This document shows, piece by piece, positions 40,856 through 49,405 of a stretch of DNA of 64,000 bases. The stretch comes from Nitrospinaceae bacterium (lineage in GTDB: Bacteria > Nitrospinota > Nitrospinia > Nitrospinales > Nitrospinaceae). Numbering within the stretch: position 1 is the stretch's first letter; every line of letters begins with the position of its first letter. The DNA is taken from positions 800,001 to 864,000 of the forward strand of contig OZ250172.1 in the NCBI GenBank assembly GCA_965237905.1, written 5' to 3'. The notes under the pieces are model-generated. The model was not told the origin of the DNA. It saw only the letters and a list, made by a program, of their open reading frames with translations, and ran no database searches. Both the position numbers and the translations under genes were made by a program.

Positions 40856-42088
40856 ATGTCCAAAAAACAAAACTACATTGTCGGCCTGGACATCGGCACA
40901 ACCAAAATCTGTTGCATCATCGCGGAGGTGACGCCTCAGGGCGAGATTGAAATCATCGGTCTCGGCCAGTCGCCCTCCCGCGGCCTGCGCAAGGGAGTCG
41001 TGGTCAATATCGACGGCACGGTCGAATCGATCCGGAGCGCGGTCGAGGAAGCAGAGTTGATGGCGGGAACGGAAATCGATTCCGTCTTCGTGGGCATCGC
41101 CGGCGGCCACATCAAAAGCATGAACAGCCACGGCATCATCGCGGCGAAGCACAAGGAGATCAACCACCACGATGTGGACCGTGTCATCGAAGCGGCCAAG
41201 GCCATCGCCATTCCCCTGGATCGTGAGGTGATCCACGTCCTGCCGCAGGAATATATCGTGGACAACCAGGACGGCATCAAAACGCCTCTCGGCATGGCGG
41301 GGATACGGCTGGAAGCTAAAGTGCACATCGTCACCGCCGCCGTCACCTCGGCGCAGAACATCGTCAAGTGCGTCAACAAGGCGGGGCTGGGCGTGCAGGA
41401 CATCGTACTGGAACAACTCGCTTCCAGTGAAGCGGTGCTCTCCGCCGACGAAAAGGAACTGGGTGTGGCGTTGATCGATATCGGCGGCGGCACTTCCGAC
41501 CTGGCGATCTTCTACCAGGGCGCGATCAAGCACACGTCCGTGCTGGCCATCGCGGGAGCGCAGGTGACCAACGACATTGCCATCGGACTCCGCACTCCCA
41601 ATGCCGAAGCGGAGAAAATCAAACATGCGCACGGATGCGCTTACTCCAACTTGATCAAACACGATGACAACATCGAGGTCTCCACCGTGGGTGGACGGAG
41701 TACGCTCAAGGTGTCCCGGCAAATCCTCAGCGAAATCATCGAAGCGCGCATCCGGGAAATGTTTGAAATGCTCAATCACGAAATTCAGACGTCCGGATTC
41801 CAGGACAGCATTTCCTCCGGCATCGTCATCACCGGAGGATCGGCTTGCGTGGAAGGCATGGCAGATCTGGCAGAGGAAGTCTTCCAGGTGCCCGTCCGCA
41901 TCGGCACGCCCATGGGTCTGGGCGGCCTGGTGGATGTGGTGACCAGCCCGATCTACGCCACCAGCACGGGCCTCATTCATTACGGAGAAAAAAGTTACAA
42001 AGCAGGCCGCAACATGGACCTGCAAGGTAGAAATCTATTTGAAAAAATCTTCAGCCGCATGAAAGGCTGGACGGAAGAATTCTTTTAG
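40856..42088 (+). CDS. ftsA: Cell division protein FtsA
   Basis: [20 protein letters not shown]-terminal amphipathic helix. Confidence 0.98.
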   Translation: MSKKQNYIVGLDIGTTKICCIIAEVTPQGEIEIIGLGQSPSRGLRKGVVVNIDGTVESIRSAVEEAELMAGTEIDSVFVGIAGGHIKSMNSHGIIAAKHKEINHHDVDRVIEAAKAIAIPLDREVIHVLPQEYIVDNQDGIKTPLGMAGIRLEAKVHIVTAAVTSAQNIVKCVNKAGLGVQDIVLEQLASSEAVLSADEKELGVALIDIGGGTSDLAIFYQGAIKHTSVLAIAGAQVTNDIAIGLRTPNAEAEKIKHAHGCAYSNLIKHDDNIEVSTVGGRSTLKVSRQILSEIIEARIREMFEMLNHEIQTSGFQDSISSGIVITGGSACVEGMADLAEEVFQVPVRIGTPMGLGGLVDVVTSPIYATSTGLIHYGEKSYKAGRNMDLQGRNLFEKIFSRMKGWTEEFF

Positions 42089-42105
42089 TCACCAAGGAGG
42101 AAACA

Positions 42106-43290
42106 ATGAGCATGATCGAATTTGAACCAACCAATGATTATTCGGCGAACATCAAGGTCGTCGGCATCGGCGGAGGCGGCGGCAACGCGGTCAACGCCAT
42201 GGTACGTTCCAACATCCAGGGCGTGGAGTTCATCCAGGCCAACACCGATATCCAGACGCTGGACGCTTCTCCCTGCCAGCACAAAATCCGGGTCGGAACG
42301 GAATTGACCCGCGGCCTCGGCGCCGGGTCCAATCCCGAGATTGGGAAGATGGCGGCGGAAGAAAGCCGCGAACATTTGTACGACGTGCTGGAGGGCTCGG
42401 ACATGGTCTTCCTCACCGCCGGCATGGGCGGAGGCACCGGTACCGGCGCCACGCCCGTCATCGCGGAGATCGCCCGGGAAGTGGGTGCGCTCACCGTCGG
42501 CGTGGTCACCAAGCCGTTTATGTTTGAAGGAAGCCGGCGGCAAAAGCAGGCCGAAGACGGGATCGAGGAATTGAAGGAAGCGGTCGATACCCTCATCGTT
42601 ATTCCCAACCAGAAACTGCTGAGCTTCATCGGCAAGCAAACCTCGCTGAGCACCGCGTTCTCACAGGTCGACGACGTCCTGCGTCAGGCGGTGTGCAGTA
42701 TTTCCGATTTGATTGTGATTCCGGGATTGATCAATCTCGACTTCGCGGACGTCAAAACCATCATGTGCGGCATGGGCAAAGCGTTGATGGGCGGCGGCAT
42801 CGCCTCCGGTGAAAACCGGGCCATCGAGGCGGCCCAACGTGCCATCTCCAGCCCTCTGCTGGACGAAGCATCGGTCGAAGGCGCCCGCGGTATTCTCATC
42901 AACATCACCGGAGGTGAAGACCTCACCCTGCACGACGTCAACGAGGCGGCCATGCTGATCCAGAAAAGCGCTCATGAAGATGCGCATATCATCTTCGGTG
43001 CCGTGGTGGATAAAACCATGAAAGAGGACATGCGCGTGACGGTGATTGCCACCGGGTTCGAAAAACAGGAACGCCAACGGCTCTTTCTTGCGCCGCAGGA
43101 GCCCAGTGCCATGCCCATGAAAAAAGTGGTGAACGGGCCAGATGTGGAAGCGGATCTGGAAAATCATCCCGCGTACCAACAGGAAAGTTTGAAGCAACTG
43201 GCGGATATCATCCGGAAAGAGTCTCCGGAAACGATATCCAACAGTTCAAATTTTGATATCCCGACGTTCCTGCGGAAACATGCCGATTGA
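42106..43290 (+). CDS. ftsZ: Cell division protein FtsZ
   Basis: [23 protein letters not shown]. Confidence 0.99.
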   Translation: MSMIEFEPTNDYSANIKVVGIGGGGGNAVNAMVRSNIQGVEFIQANTDIQTLDASPCQHKIRVGTELTRGLGAGSNPEIGKMAAEESREHLYDVLEGSDMVFLTAGMGGGTGTGATPVIAEIAREVGALTVGVVTKPFMFEGSRRQKQAEDGIEELKEAVDTLIVIPNQKLLSFIGKQTSLSTAFSQVDDVLRQAVCSISDLIVIPGLINLDFADVKTIMCGMGKALMGGGIASGENRAIEAAQRAISSPLLDEASVEGARGILINITGGEDLTLHDVNEAAMLIQKSAHEDAHIIFGAVVDKTMKEDMRVTVIATGFEKQERQRLFLAPQEPSAMPMKKVVNGPDVEADLENHPAYQQESLKQLADIIRKESPETISNSSNFDIPTFLRKHAD

Positions 43291-43352
43291 TCCGCAGGTT
43301 CGCCCAGAGAGGAGATGCGGGGCTGTTGAGGCGGCTCCCTCTCCTCCCTCCT

Positions 43353-44126
43353 TTAATTCCTCTTGTTCAAATCCCAGTTGTAATCCAGATAGGAAACATC
43401 GAGGTTCCCCTTTTTCAAGAAAGACCGGTCTTTCTCCGGTACGTAGCGGGAGAGAAACGGCAGGACGCCGCCCTTTGGTTCAAAGTCTTCCTCGAACCAG
43501 TCGAAAATTTTTGAGAGAGTCACCCGCCCTTTGCCACGGTCGACCTGGAGTCCTTTGCTTCTGTTTTCCAGAAACCGTTTGAACTGATCGTCGAGTTGCG
43601 CGTCCAGACGGTCCGCCGTATACGCTTCGGTGCGCAGGTCGGGACAACTCACCGAAGCGCAAACGATGGCGACATGGATGCGTGGGTCTCCCATCTTCCG
43701 TAAAATTTCGTGCTCGATGTCGTTGAGGGTGACCTCCTTACCGCCGACCACGCCCACCTTTTTCTTCCAGACCGATTCAAATACGCCCCCGGCATCCTTG
43801 ATGCTGTCCACCGGGTAATGGTCTACCACCATTTTGACTGCCATGATGTTGTAGACGTTGATCCAGAAGGTCATTTTCTCTTTGGGAGTCTTCAGCGTGG
43901 CGGGAGAAAACGATTTCAGGTCCGCGATCAGTTTCGAATACGCCGGGTCTTTCTTGATACCGGGATAATTGACCCCGGCGAGCCGAACGCCTGCAATCGT
44001 TGTCGGTCCCACGTGTTTTTTCACCAATCCGTCCCATGCTTTGAAATCGAAGGCCCAAGCCGAGGACGGGGCCAGCATGATACAGACGATCAACACCCAG
44101 AACTTTTCAAAGAAAATACGCTTCAT
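43353..44126 (-). CDS. Exported DUF547-family protein
   Basis: FWINVYN, LNDIEHEILR, DPRIH.AIVCASVSCP, LSKIFDW, YNWDLN. Confidence 0.88.
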   Translation of the reverse strand: MKRIFFEKFWVLIVCIMLAPSSAWAFDFKAWDGLVKKHVGPTTIAGVRLAGVNYPGIKKDPAYSKLIADLKSFSPATLKTPKEKMTFWINVYNIMAVKMVVDHYPVDSIKDAGGVFESVWKKKVGVVGGKEVTLNDIEHEILRKMGDPRIHVAIVCASVSCPDLRTEAYTADRLDAQLDDQFKRFLENRSKGLQVDRGKGRVTLSKIFDWFEEDFEPKGGVLPFLSRYVPEKDRSFLKKGNLDVSYLDYNWDLNKRN

Positions 44127-44277
44127 GGATATCCTCAAATCCTTTAACTGCATTTTAATATTTAAACGGTATAATGACATGAATGAGTCTCCCAGGGCGA
44201 ACGGTAATTTAATTCATAGAAATGGTTCCCTGTTTAGTCCCTTCCGGAAGAGTTCCCTTACACTTTTTTGATCACGC

Positions 44278-45123
44278 ATGAATCCCGACCCCAAAGAATT
44301 ACTGTACGTTTCCGATCTGGACGGCACCCTGCTGGATATGCACGGCGATTTCCCCCGTCCCTGGGTGGACCGCCTGAACCGCCTGATCGACCGAGGCCTG
44401 AAGTTCACCATCGCCACGGCCCGCAACTACGATTCGGCCCACCCCATTTTACACGAGGTGAACCTGCAACTGCCGGTCATCCTGTTCAACGGGGCGTACC
44501 TGACCCATTTCCGGACCGGGGAGAATCTGGAGCAGTCCAATTATATCGAGCGCGACGTGGTCTATGAACTGCTGGAGTTGACCGCCCCGCTGGAGCAGGA
44601 CCCGTTCGTCTATACCTTCGATGAGCGGCACCGCCTGTATTACCGGAACGCCACCAATGAGGGCTCGCAAGCCTATTTGAAAAGCCTGGAGGGCGACGGC
44701 CGCCTGCACTATGTCGATGAATATCAATTCACCGACGGCGAACAAATTGCCGGCCTTCTGCTGATCGATACCCCGGCGGTGCTGGACCCCGTTCACCGGC
44801 AACTGCGGAAACGGTTCCCGGATAATCTCAACCTGTACTTCGCGAAAGATATCGCCCGACCCAAATTTCACTGGCTGCAAATGTTCCACCACCACGCCGA
44901 CAAGGGCAAAATGCTGCGCACCCTGTCCCAGCATCTGGATACCCCTCTATCCCAAATCGTGGTGTTCGGCGATTACCTCAACGACCTTGAAATGTTTGAG
45001 ATTGCCGGGAAATCGATCGCCGTCGGCAACGCCCTGCCGGAGGTGCAAGCCGTGGCCCATCAGGTGATCGGCACCAACGCCAGGGGCGCGGTGCTGGACT
45101 ATCTGGAATCCCTCGGATTCTGA
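44278..45123 (+). CDS. Cof-type HAD hydrolase
   Basis: DLDGTLL, ATAR, FNGA, DKG, FGDYLND. Confidence 0.93.
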   Translation: MNPDPKELLYVSDLDGTLLDMHGDFPRPWVDRLNRLIDRGLKFTIATARNYDSAHPILHEVNLQLPVILFNGAYLTHFRTGENLEQSNYIERDVVYELLELTAPLEQDPFVYTFDERHRLYYRNATNEGSQAYLKSLEGDGRLHYVDEYQFTDGEQIAGLLLIDTPAVLDPVHRQLRKRFPDNLNLYFAKDIARPKFHWLQMFHHHADKGKMLRTLSQHLDTPLSQIVVFGDYLNDLEMFEIAGKSIAVGNALPEVQAVAHQVIGTNARGAVLDYLESLGF

Positions 45124-45158
45124 TAATAACTGGACCCTGCGAAGCGTATTGGGGTAGA

Positions 45159-45320
45159 ATTGACAGGAATACAAAATAATTAACCACAGATGAACACAGA
45201 TCAACACAGATAAAAACTCAATACTCCCTCCCTTACCAAGGGGAGGGCTGTTTTGGTCTTCCCTGATCCTTGTTCTCTGTTCAAGGTTTTTCTGATTTTA
45301 TCCTGTTATCCTGTCAAATT
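45159..45320. repeat. Nested repeat cassette bounded by TTGACAGGA...TCCTGTCAA
   Basis: Inverted 9-bp ends enclosing an ACCACAGATGAACACAGAT unit and a CTCCCTTACCAAGGGGAG hairpin. Confidence 0.65.
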
Positions 45321-45334
45321 TTCAGGTGTTTAAA

Positions 45335-45985
45335 ATGACTGATAAAGACCAACCGCAAGAACCCGAAAAGACCGTCTACGAACGCGACAAAACGGCGAAG
45401 GAACCGAAGGTCGCCGACCGCCCGGAAGGCGAAGCACCGAAGCGTCCCGTCGTCAAGCCGCGCAAAGTGTTCCAGGCGAAGAAGGTCAAAATTCAGTCGA
45501 AGAAACCGCTGGAGCATCGCGTCCGCCATATCCGGGTGTCCAGCGAGGAGGCGGCCAACCTGATCCGGCAAATTCTGGTGGATTTTCAAAATGATCTGGC
45601 CGCGGAACCGACGGACGATCCGGATAAGGAATATCAGGACTACGATAAGATCGAAAAGTTTTTCGCACGCCTGGCGAGAAAATACAGCGTGTGCACCTCC
45701 AAAGCCGTGGGCGGCGATCTGGAATGGATCTACCCCAAGATGCCGAAAATTGAAGGCATGTTGACCACGGACCTGCGCGACGAAATCCTGAAATGCGAAA
45801 AGTTTGTGTTCCTCGAACCCATCAAATCCAAACTCGGCTACCACATCGTGTTGGTGTGTGAAACGCAGATTTGCAAAAAGATCGTGGAAGAACAGGAAAA
45901 ACTCGACCCGCGCTACGAAGCCCTCGCCGCCAAAGACGCCCCCCGTGTCCAGGCCCCTCCATCAAGCATGGATATTCCTTCCTGA
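45335..45985 (+). CDS. Parvulin (PpiC-type) peptidyl-prolyl isomerase-like protein
   Basis: RVRHIRV, FARLARKYSVCTSKAVGGDL, PIKSKLGYHIV. Confidence 0.8.
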   Translation: MTDKDQPQEPEKTVYERDKTAKEPKVADRPEGEAPKRPVVKPRKVFQAKKVKIQSKKPLEHRVRHIRVSSEEAANLIRQILVDFQNDLAAEPTDDPDKEYQDYDKIEKFFARLARKYSVCTSKAVGGDLEWIYPKMPKIEGMLTTDLRDEILKCEKFVFLEPIKSKLGYHIVLVCETQICKKIVEEQEKLDPRYEALAAKDAPRVQAPPSSMDIPS

Positions 45986-46233
45986 CGTAGCAAGACAAAA
46001 CCAATTGACCACAGATGAACACAGATAAACACAGATAAAAACCTGTCACCCTGAGCCTGTCGAAGGGCGGCAGGTTTTGTCATTCTGAGCGTTAGCGAAG
46101 AATCTATGTTTAGGTATGTTTTAAATAGGAAAGGTTATCAACCACCCCTGGCCCCTCCTTGAAAAGGAGGGGAGGAGCATAAAGCATTCATCGATGTTTA
46201 TCTGTGGTTAATTTGGGTCCAGCGTCACGCTGG

Positions 46234-46323
46234 TCAAGTTTTAAACAGGAAAAGAAGACCGGCGAGGACGATGACCGCCAGCGTTCCGTATCCCATGATC
46301 TTCAGCATCTTGTCGCTTTCCAC
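46234..46323 (-). CDS. 29-aa single-TM peptide (absent from ORF track)
   Basis: GAGGAG RBS, GTG start, MESDKMLKIMGYGTLAVIVLAGLLFLFKT*; genome-typical codons. Confidence 0.6.
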   Translation of the reverse strand: MESDKMLKIMGYGTLAVIVLAGLLFLFKT

Positions 46324-46537
46324 CTGTCCGCTCCTCTAAAGTTGTTTGCTCCCCCTTCTCCGAAAGCCTGTCCTGAGCTTGCCGAAGGAGGGGCAGGGGG
46401 GCTTCTTTAGTTGCTCCCCTCCTTTTCAAGGAGGGGCTGGGGGTGGTTTTCCCTCATCTTTTCTAATTAAATTCTTTTGTAGTTGCTCGATTCATCGAGC
46501 GACTTAAAAACCAACCTCTCATCCGAGTAAAAATAAC

Positions 46538-46720
46538 CATCCCCTCTCCCCTCACGGGAAGCACCCACGGGGTGACGGGCAGGGTGAGGGGTGGTTTGGT
46601 CCATGCCCTTGATAAGGTTTATTTTTTAAAGCCCCCTCACCTTAATCCTCTCCCCCTGGGGAGAGGAGACATCAAGCACGTCACCCTGCCGCCGGAAACG
46701 GCGTCTTATGCAAAGCTCCC
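46538..46720 (+). mobile_element. Partial MITE-like element, inverted copy of 54982-55222
   Basis: About 180 bp alignable with the reverse complement of 54985-55180; ends in TTATGCAAAG. Confidence 0.6.
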
Positions 46721-46777
46721 CTTACCAAGGGGAGGCCAGGCTAGGCCTGGAGCAAAATTCATCCGGGCGTGGCCCGG

Positions 46778-47107
46778 TTAGAAATTGATCTTCGAATTCA
46801 TCTGGTTTTTGAGGATGAGTTCCGCCGCCGTATAATATTTCTTGTCACTGTTGCATGGCTCGCACGCAACGACCAAATTACCCTTGGTACTCTTGCCGCC
46901 GCGCGACAGGGGCACGATGTGGTCCATCGTGAGATCCTTCTTCGCAAAAGTCTTCGCGCAATAATGACACTCGCCCTTTTCGAGCAGGTTCTGCCACCAC
47001 ACCGACGCCTTGAGCGTCTTCCCCTTTTCCTTTTCCCGCTTGATGCTCTCCGGGCTCGGCGCTGCGGGCTCTCCGCCCTTCTTACTGCGTTGTCGTTTCG
47101 CCATCAT
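46778..47107 (-). CDS. Small HNH endonuclease
   Basis: CHYC...TMDHIVPLSRGG...NLVVACEPCN. Confidence 0.9.
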   Translation of the reverse strand: MMAKRQRSKKGGEPAAPSPESIKREKEKGKTLKASVWWQNLLEKGECHYCAKTFAKKDLTMDHIVPLSRGGKSTKGNLVVACEPCNSDKKYYTAAELILKNQMNSKINF

Positions 47108-47263
47108 AAAACCGTTTCAGATCAAAAGGATTCATATTCAGCCAAACCTCATGCACCGTCGCGGAGCGACCGCCCTTCTTACTGCGCTGTTTTCTCGTGG
47201 CCATAAGTCCGTATCAGTTTAAAAGGGTTCATATTCAACCGCACCGCCCGCACCGTAGCCGAC
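47073..47263 (-). repeat. Diverged 97-bp tandem duplication of the DUF1566 3' end / HNH 5' end junction
   Basis: CCGCCCTTCTTACTGCG at 47073 and 47170; SATVRAVRLNMNPF vs SATVHEVWLNMNPF. Confidence 0.8.
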
Positions 47264-47655
47264 AAACTGCCCTGCGGAAACCAGAAATTCTCGCCCACGT
47301 CGAAGCCGAAACCCATCGCGCCGGAAAGCCGCGTCTGCCAGGTCCAGAAACAACTGCCGTACCCGATCTCGAAGATGGGATCGATGTGCAAGACATACGT
47401 GCGGCCGCGCGACTCGAACTCATGCTTGAGCTCGTACACGCTTTGCAGTTCCAGCTTGTTGGGCAAACGCCAGTCGGTATGCCCGCCCAGTTGTTTGCGG
47501 TTGAGTTCCTCGACATATTTCCCGGCGTCGTACCAGTTGACGTAGTTCCCCGTCTCGGAGTAGCCGTAGCTCTCCTGCCACATCAACCCGGTCACAGAAT
47601 CGGTCAGCGTGCCGTCGCCGTTGTCGGTATAACGCTCAATGCTGCGCTCGGTCAT
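47179..47655 (-). CDS. DUF1566 (Lcl C-terminal-like) domain protein
   Basis: DNGDGTLTDSVTGLMWQ, GGHTDWRLPNKLEL, FWT, VRAVR. Confidence 0.85.
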   Translation of the reverse strand: MTERSIERYTDNGDGTLTDSVTGLMWQESYGYSETGNYVNWYDAGKYVEELNRKQLGGHTDWRLPNKLELQSVYELKHEFESRGRTYVLHIDPIFEIGYGSCFWTWQTRLSGAMGFGFDVGENFWFPQGSLSATVRAVRLNMNPFKLIRTYGHEKTAQ

Positions 47656-47996
47656 GCCAGGCGTTCCAGCGGGGATTGACGCTCGAAGGTGTAGCCGCAG
47701 GTGTCGATATCGCTCGGCGCATCCGGGTACTTGAGGCACAGCAGGGGTTTTTCGGGCGAGTTGTGGACCTTGCATTGATTATCTTCCGTCAATTGACTGC
47801 ACGGGATATCGACCGCGTAAAACAGCGCGTTGCCCGCCACGTCCTCCCCCACCACCCGGATGCCCCGGTAGCCGAGGTAACGCTCCAGTTCCTCCCGATT
47901 GCCATGCTGGCGCAGAGTCACATCCCGCACCACCGTTAGATTCACCGTCCTGCAACACTCGCCGCATTGATGACATTCACCTGTTCGATTGAGCAT
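47652..47996 (-). CDS. YkgJ-like CxxCxxCC cysteine-cluster protein
   Basis: CHQCGECC ... CSQL...CKVH...KPLLCLKYP. Confidence 0.85.
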   Translation of the reverse strand: MLNRTGECHQCGECCRTVNLTVVRDVTLRQHGNREELERYLGYRGIRVVGEDVAGNALFYAVDIPCSQLTEDNQCKVHNSPEKPLLCLKYPDAPSDIDTCGYTFERQSPLERLA

Positions 47997-48184
47997 ACTA
48001 TTGTTCCTGTTAGGGTTTCCCGAGATCATATCCTAGCATAACTTACAGGAGAAACAGCGGGAGACCAGGCGCTAGTAGTGTCTCAGCTTGAAATCGAATG
48101 TCCCCGAACGGCCAAAAGCGGATATTCTGCTCGGGTTGAAATACTTTCCTGCTCATATCCGACTTCCATGTATCAAGTTTTAGG

Positions 48185-48231
48185 CCCAAATCCTAACACA
48201 ACACCTGGACCGGTTTTTGGGGGGCGGGTCA
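48185..48231 (+). mobile_element. Orphan IS3-family right end (remnant)
   Basis: CTAACACAACACCTGGACCGGTTTTTGGGGGGCGGGTCA resembles IS3-family IRR (ending GGGGCRGGTCA); no transposase present. Confidence 0.5.
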
Positions 48232-48235
48232 GTCA

Positions 48236-49186
48236 TCAGATAAATGTACCGCCAGCGGAATGAAACAGAGCGCTCGCCTTGTTGAGTCGGTCCAGCTGAT
48301 CGGAAGTAAGCGTAATTTCCCCGGCAGCACAAAATTCCTTCACCTGATCCACTTTGCGTGACCCTACCACAGCGGTGGTGATATTCTTTTGCTGGATCAC
48401 CCATGCGAGTGCAACGTTGATGGGGGCCGTATTGATTTCTTGTGCAATTTCCTGAACAGTGTGGCGCACGGTTTGCGAATCACCTAAATGAGGCTGCCAA
48501 TACAGGTAATATTCCTTGCGGGAGGGTGCCTTTAGGGCCTCTTCATCGAGTCGACCGGCTAGTAGACCACGGGCACTGGGCGAACACGCCATGTAACCGA
48601 TACCGGCTCTTTCACATTTTTTTAAATGCTCTCCTTCGTACTCGCGCTGAAGCAGGTTATAAGGAACCTGATTGACGGTGAACAACGAGGCGGCGCCTGC
48701 CATCAGGCCAATGTCTATCGCCCGGAAATTCGAGATACCTACGGTACGGGCCTTGCCACTTTCTTTGAGGGCAGCCATGATGTCGCACATCTTCCCGGTC
48801 TTTAGCATGGTGTCTAAATACATGCCCGGCCAGTGGACCAGATACACATCGACATAATCCCGCCCAAGCGCTTTCAACGTACCCTCAAGACGCGACTGGT
48901 AAGCCTCGAGTGTCAATCCGGCATCGGGCCAGATTTTGGAAACGATGAGGACATCGTTTTTGCGGGAGCCCAGGGCTTTGCCGAGGCGGCGCTCGGATTC
49001 CCCGTCGCCAAAACCCTCGGCGGTATCAAACGCCATGATGCCGCCCTCCAGGGCGGTCTTCACCACCCGGTCGGCCTCTTCTACCGAACACACGTCCCCC
49101 CAACCTTCGCTGGGGGCAATCTGCCAGCAGCCAAAGGTGAGGGCCGTCCAGGGGATATCAAGTCCTTCGACTTTTATTGAACGCAT
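48236..49186 (-). CDS. Aldo/keto reductase family protein (catalytic Tyr apparently replaced by Phe)
   Basis: FGCWQI, FDTAEGFG, IVSK, YLVHWP, VGISNF, NQVPYNLL, ALAWV. Confidence 0.85.
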   Translation of the reverse strand: MRSIKVEGLDIPWTALTFGCWQIAPSEGWGDVCSVEEADRVVKTALEGGIMAFDTAEGFGDGESERRLGKALGSRKNDVLIVSKIWPDAGLTLEAYQSRLEGTLKALGRDYVDVYLVHWPGMYLDTMLKTGKMCDIMAALKESGKARTVGISNFRAIDIGLMAGAASLFTVNQVPYNLLQREYEGEHLKKCERAGIGYMACSPSARGLLAGRLDEEALKAPSRKEYYLYWQPHLGDSQTVRHTVQEIAQEINTAPINVALAWVIQQKNITTAVVGSRKVDQVKEFCAAGEITLTSDQLDRLNKASALFHSAGGTFI

Positions 49187-49341
49187 TATTTCACAATCAG
49201 CGTAAAACGCCGGTAGCTGAGGTAACGTTCCAACTCCTCCCGATTGCCGTGCTGACGCAGAGTCACATCCCGCACCACCGTCATATTTACCGTCCTGCAG
49301 CACTCGCCACACCCGTGGCACTCACCTGTTCTATTTAACAT
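49186..49341 (-). pseudogene. Truncated second copy of the YkgJ-like gene (5' 45 codons)
   Basis: MLNRTGECHGCGECCRTVNMTVVRDVTLRQHGNREELERYLSYRRFTLIVK*; near identical in protein to the N-terminus of 47652-47996; has GAGG RBS; TAA overlaps the AKR ATG. Confidence 0.75.
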
Positions 49342-49405
49342 CATATCCTCGAATAGTTTAAAAAATAGATAAATTTAAAAGACCGCCAAGGTTTAATAGA
49401 AACCC

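Larger units (their letters stand above)
45997..46777. repeat. Large mosaic of several palindromic REP-like unit types
   Basis: ACCACAGAT unit at 46008 with inverse at 46190; GTCACCCTGAGC..GTCGAAGGG; GTCATTCTGAGC...GAAGAATCT; 35-bp inverted pair at 46140/46414; GTAG..GCTCGATTCATCGAGC; CCCCTCTCCC...GAGGGG. Confidence 0.8.

Noticed and set aside
40541..42025. 494-aa minus-strand ORF (likewise 27502-28737, 2069-3118, 15337-16347, 31385-32431, 57076-57933)
   Set aside because: Antisense shadows of conserved genes caused by GC-biased codon usage; no motifs
45997..46777. CRISPR array
   Set aside because: Repeats are heterogeneous, nested and irregularly spaced; no cas genes
47073..47263. Diversity-generating retroelement (VR/TR pair on a DUF1566 target)
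   Set aside because: Differences between the copies are not adenine-specific and many are synonymous; no reverse transcriptase in the window
48185..48235. Integron attC site after the AKR gene
   Set aside because: No matching RYYYAAC/GTTRRRY pair or attC fold, no intI; fits an IS3-type end better
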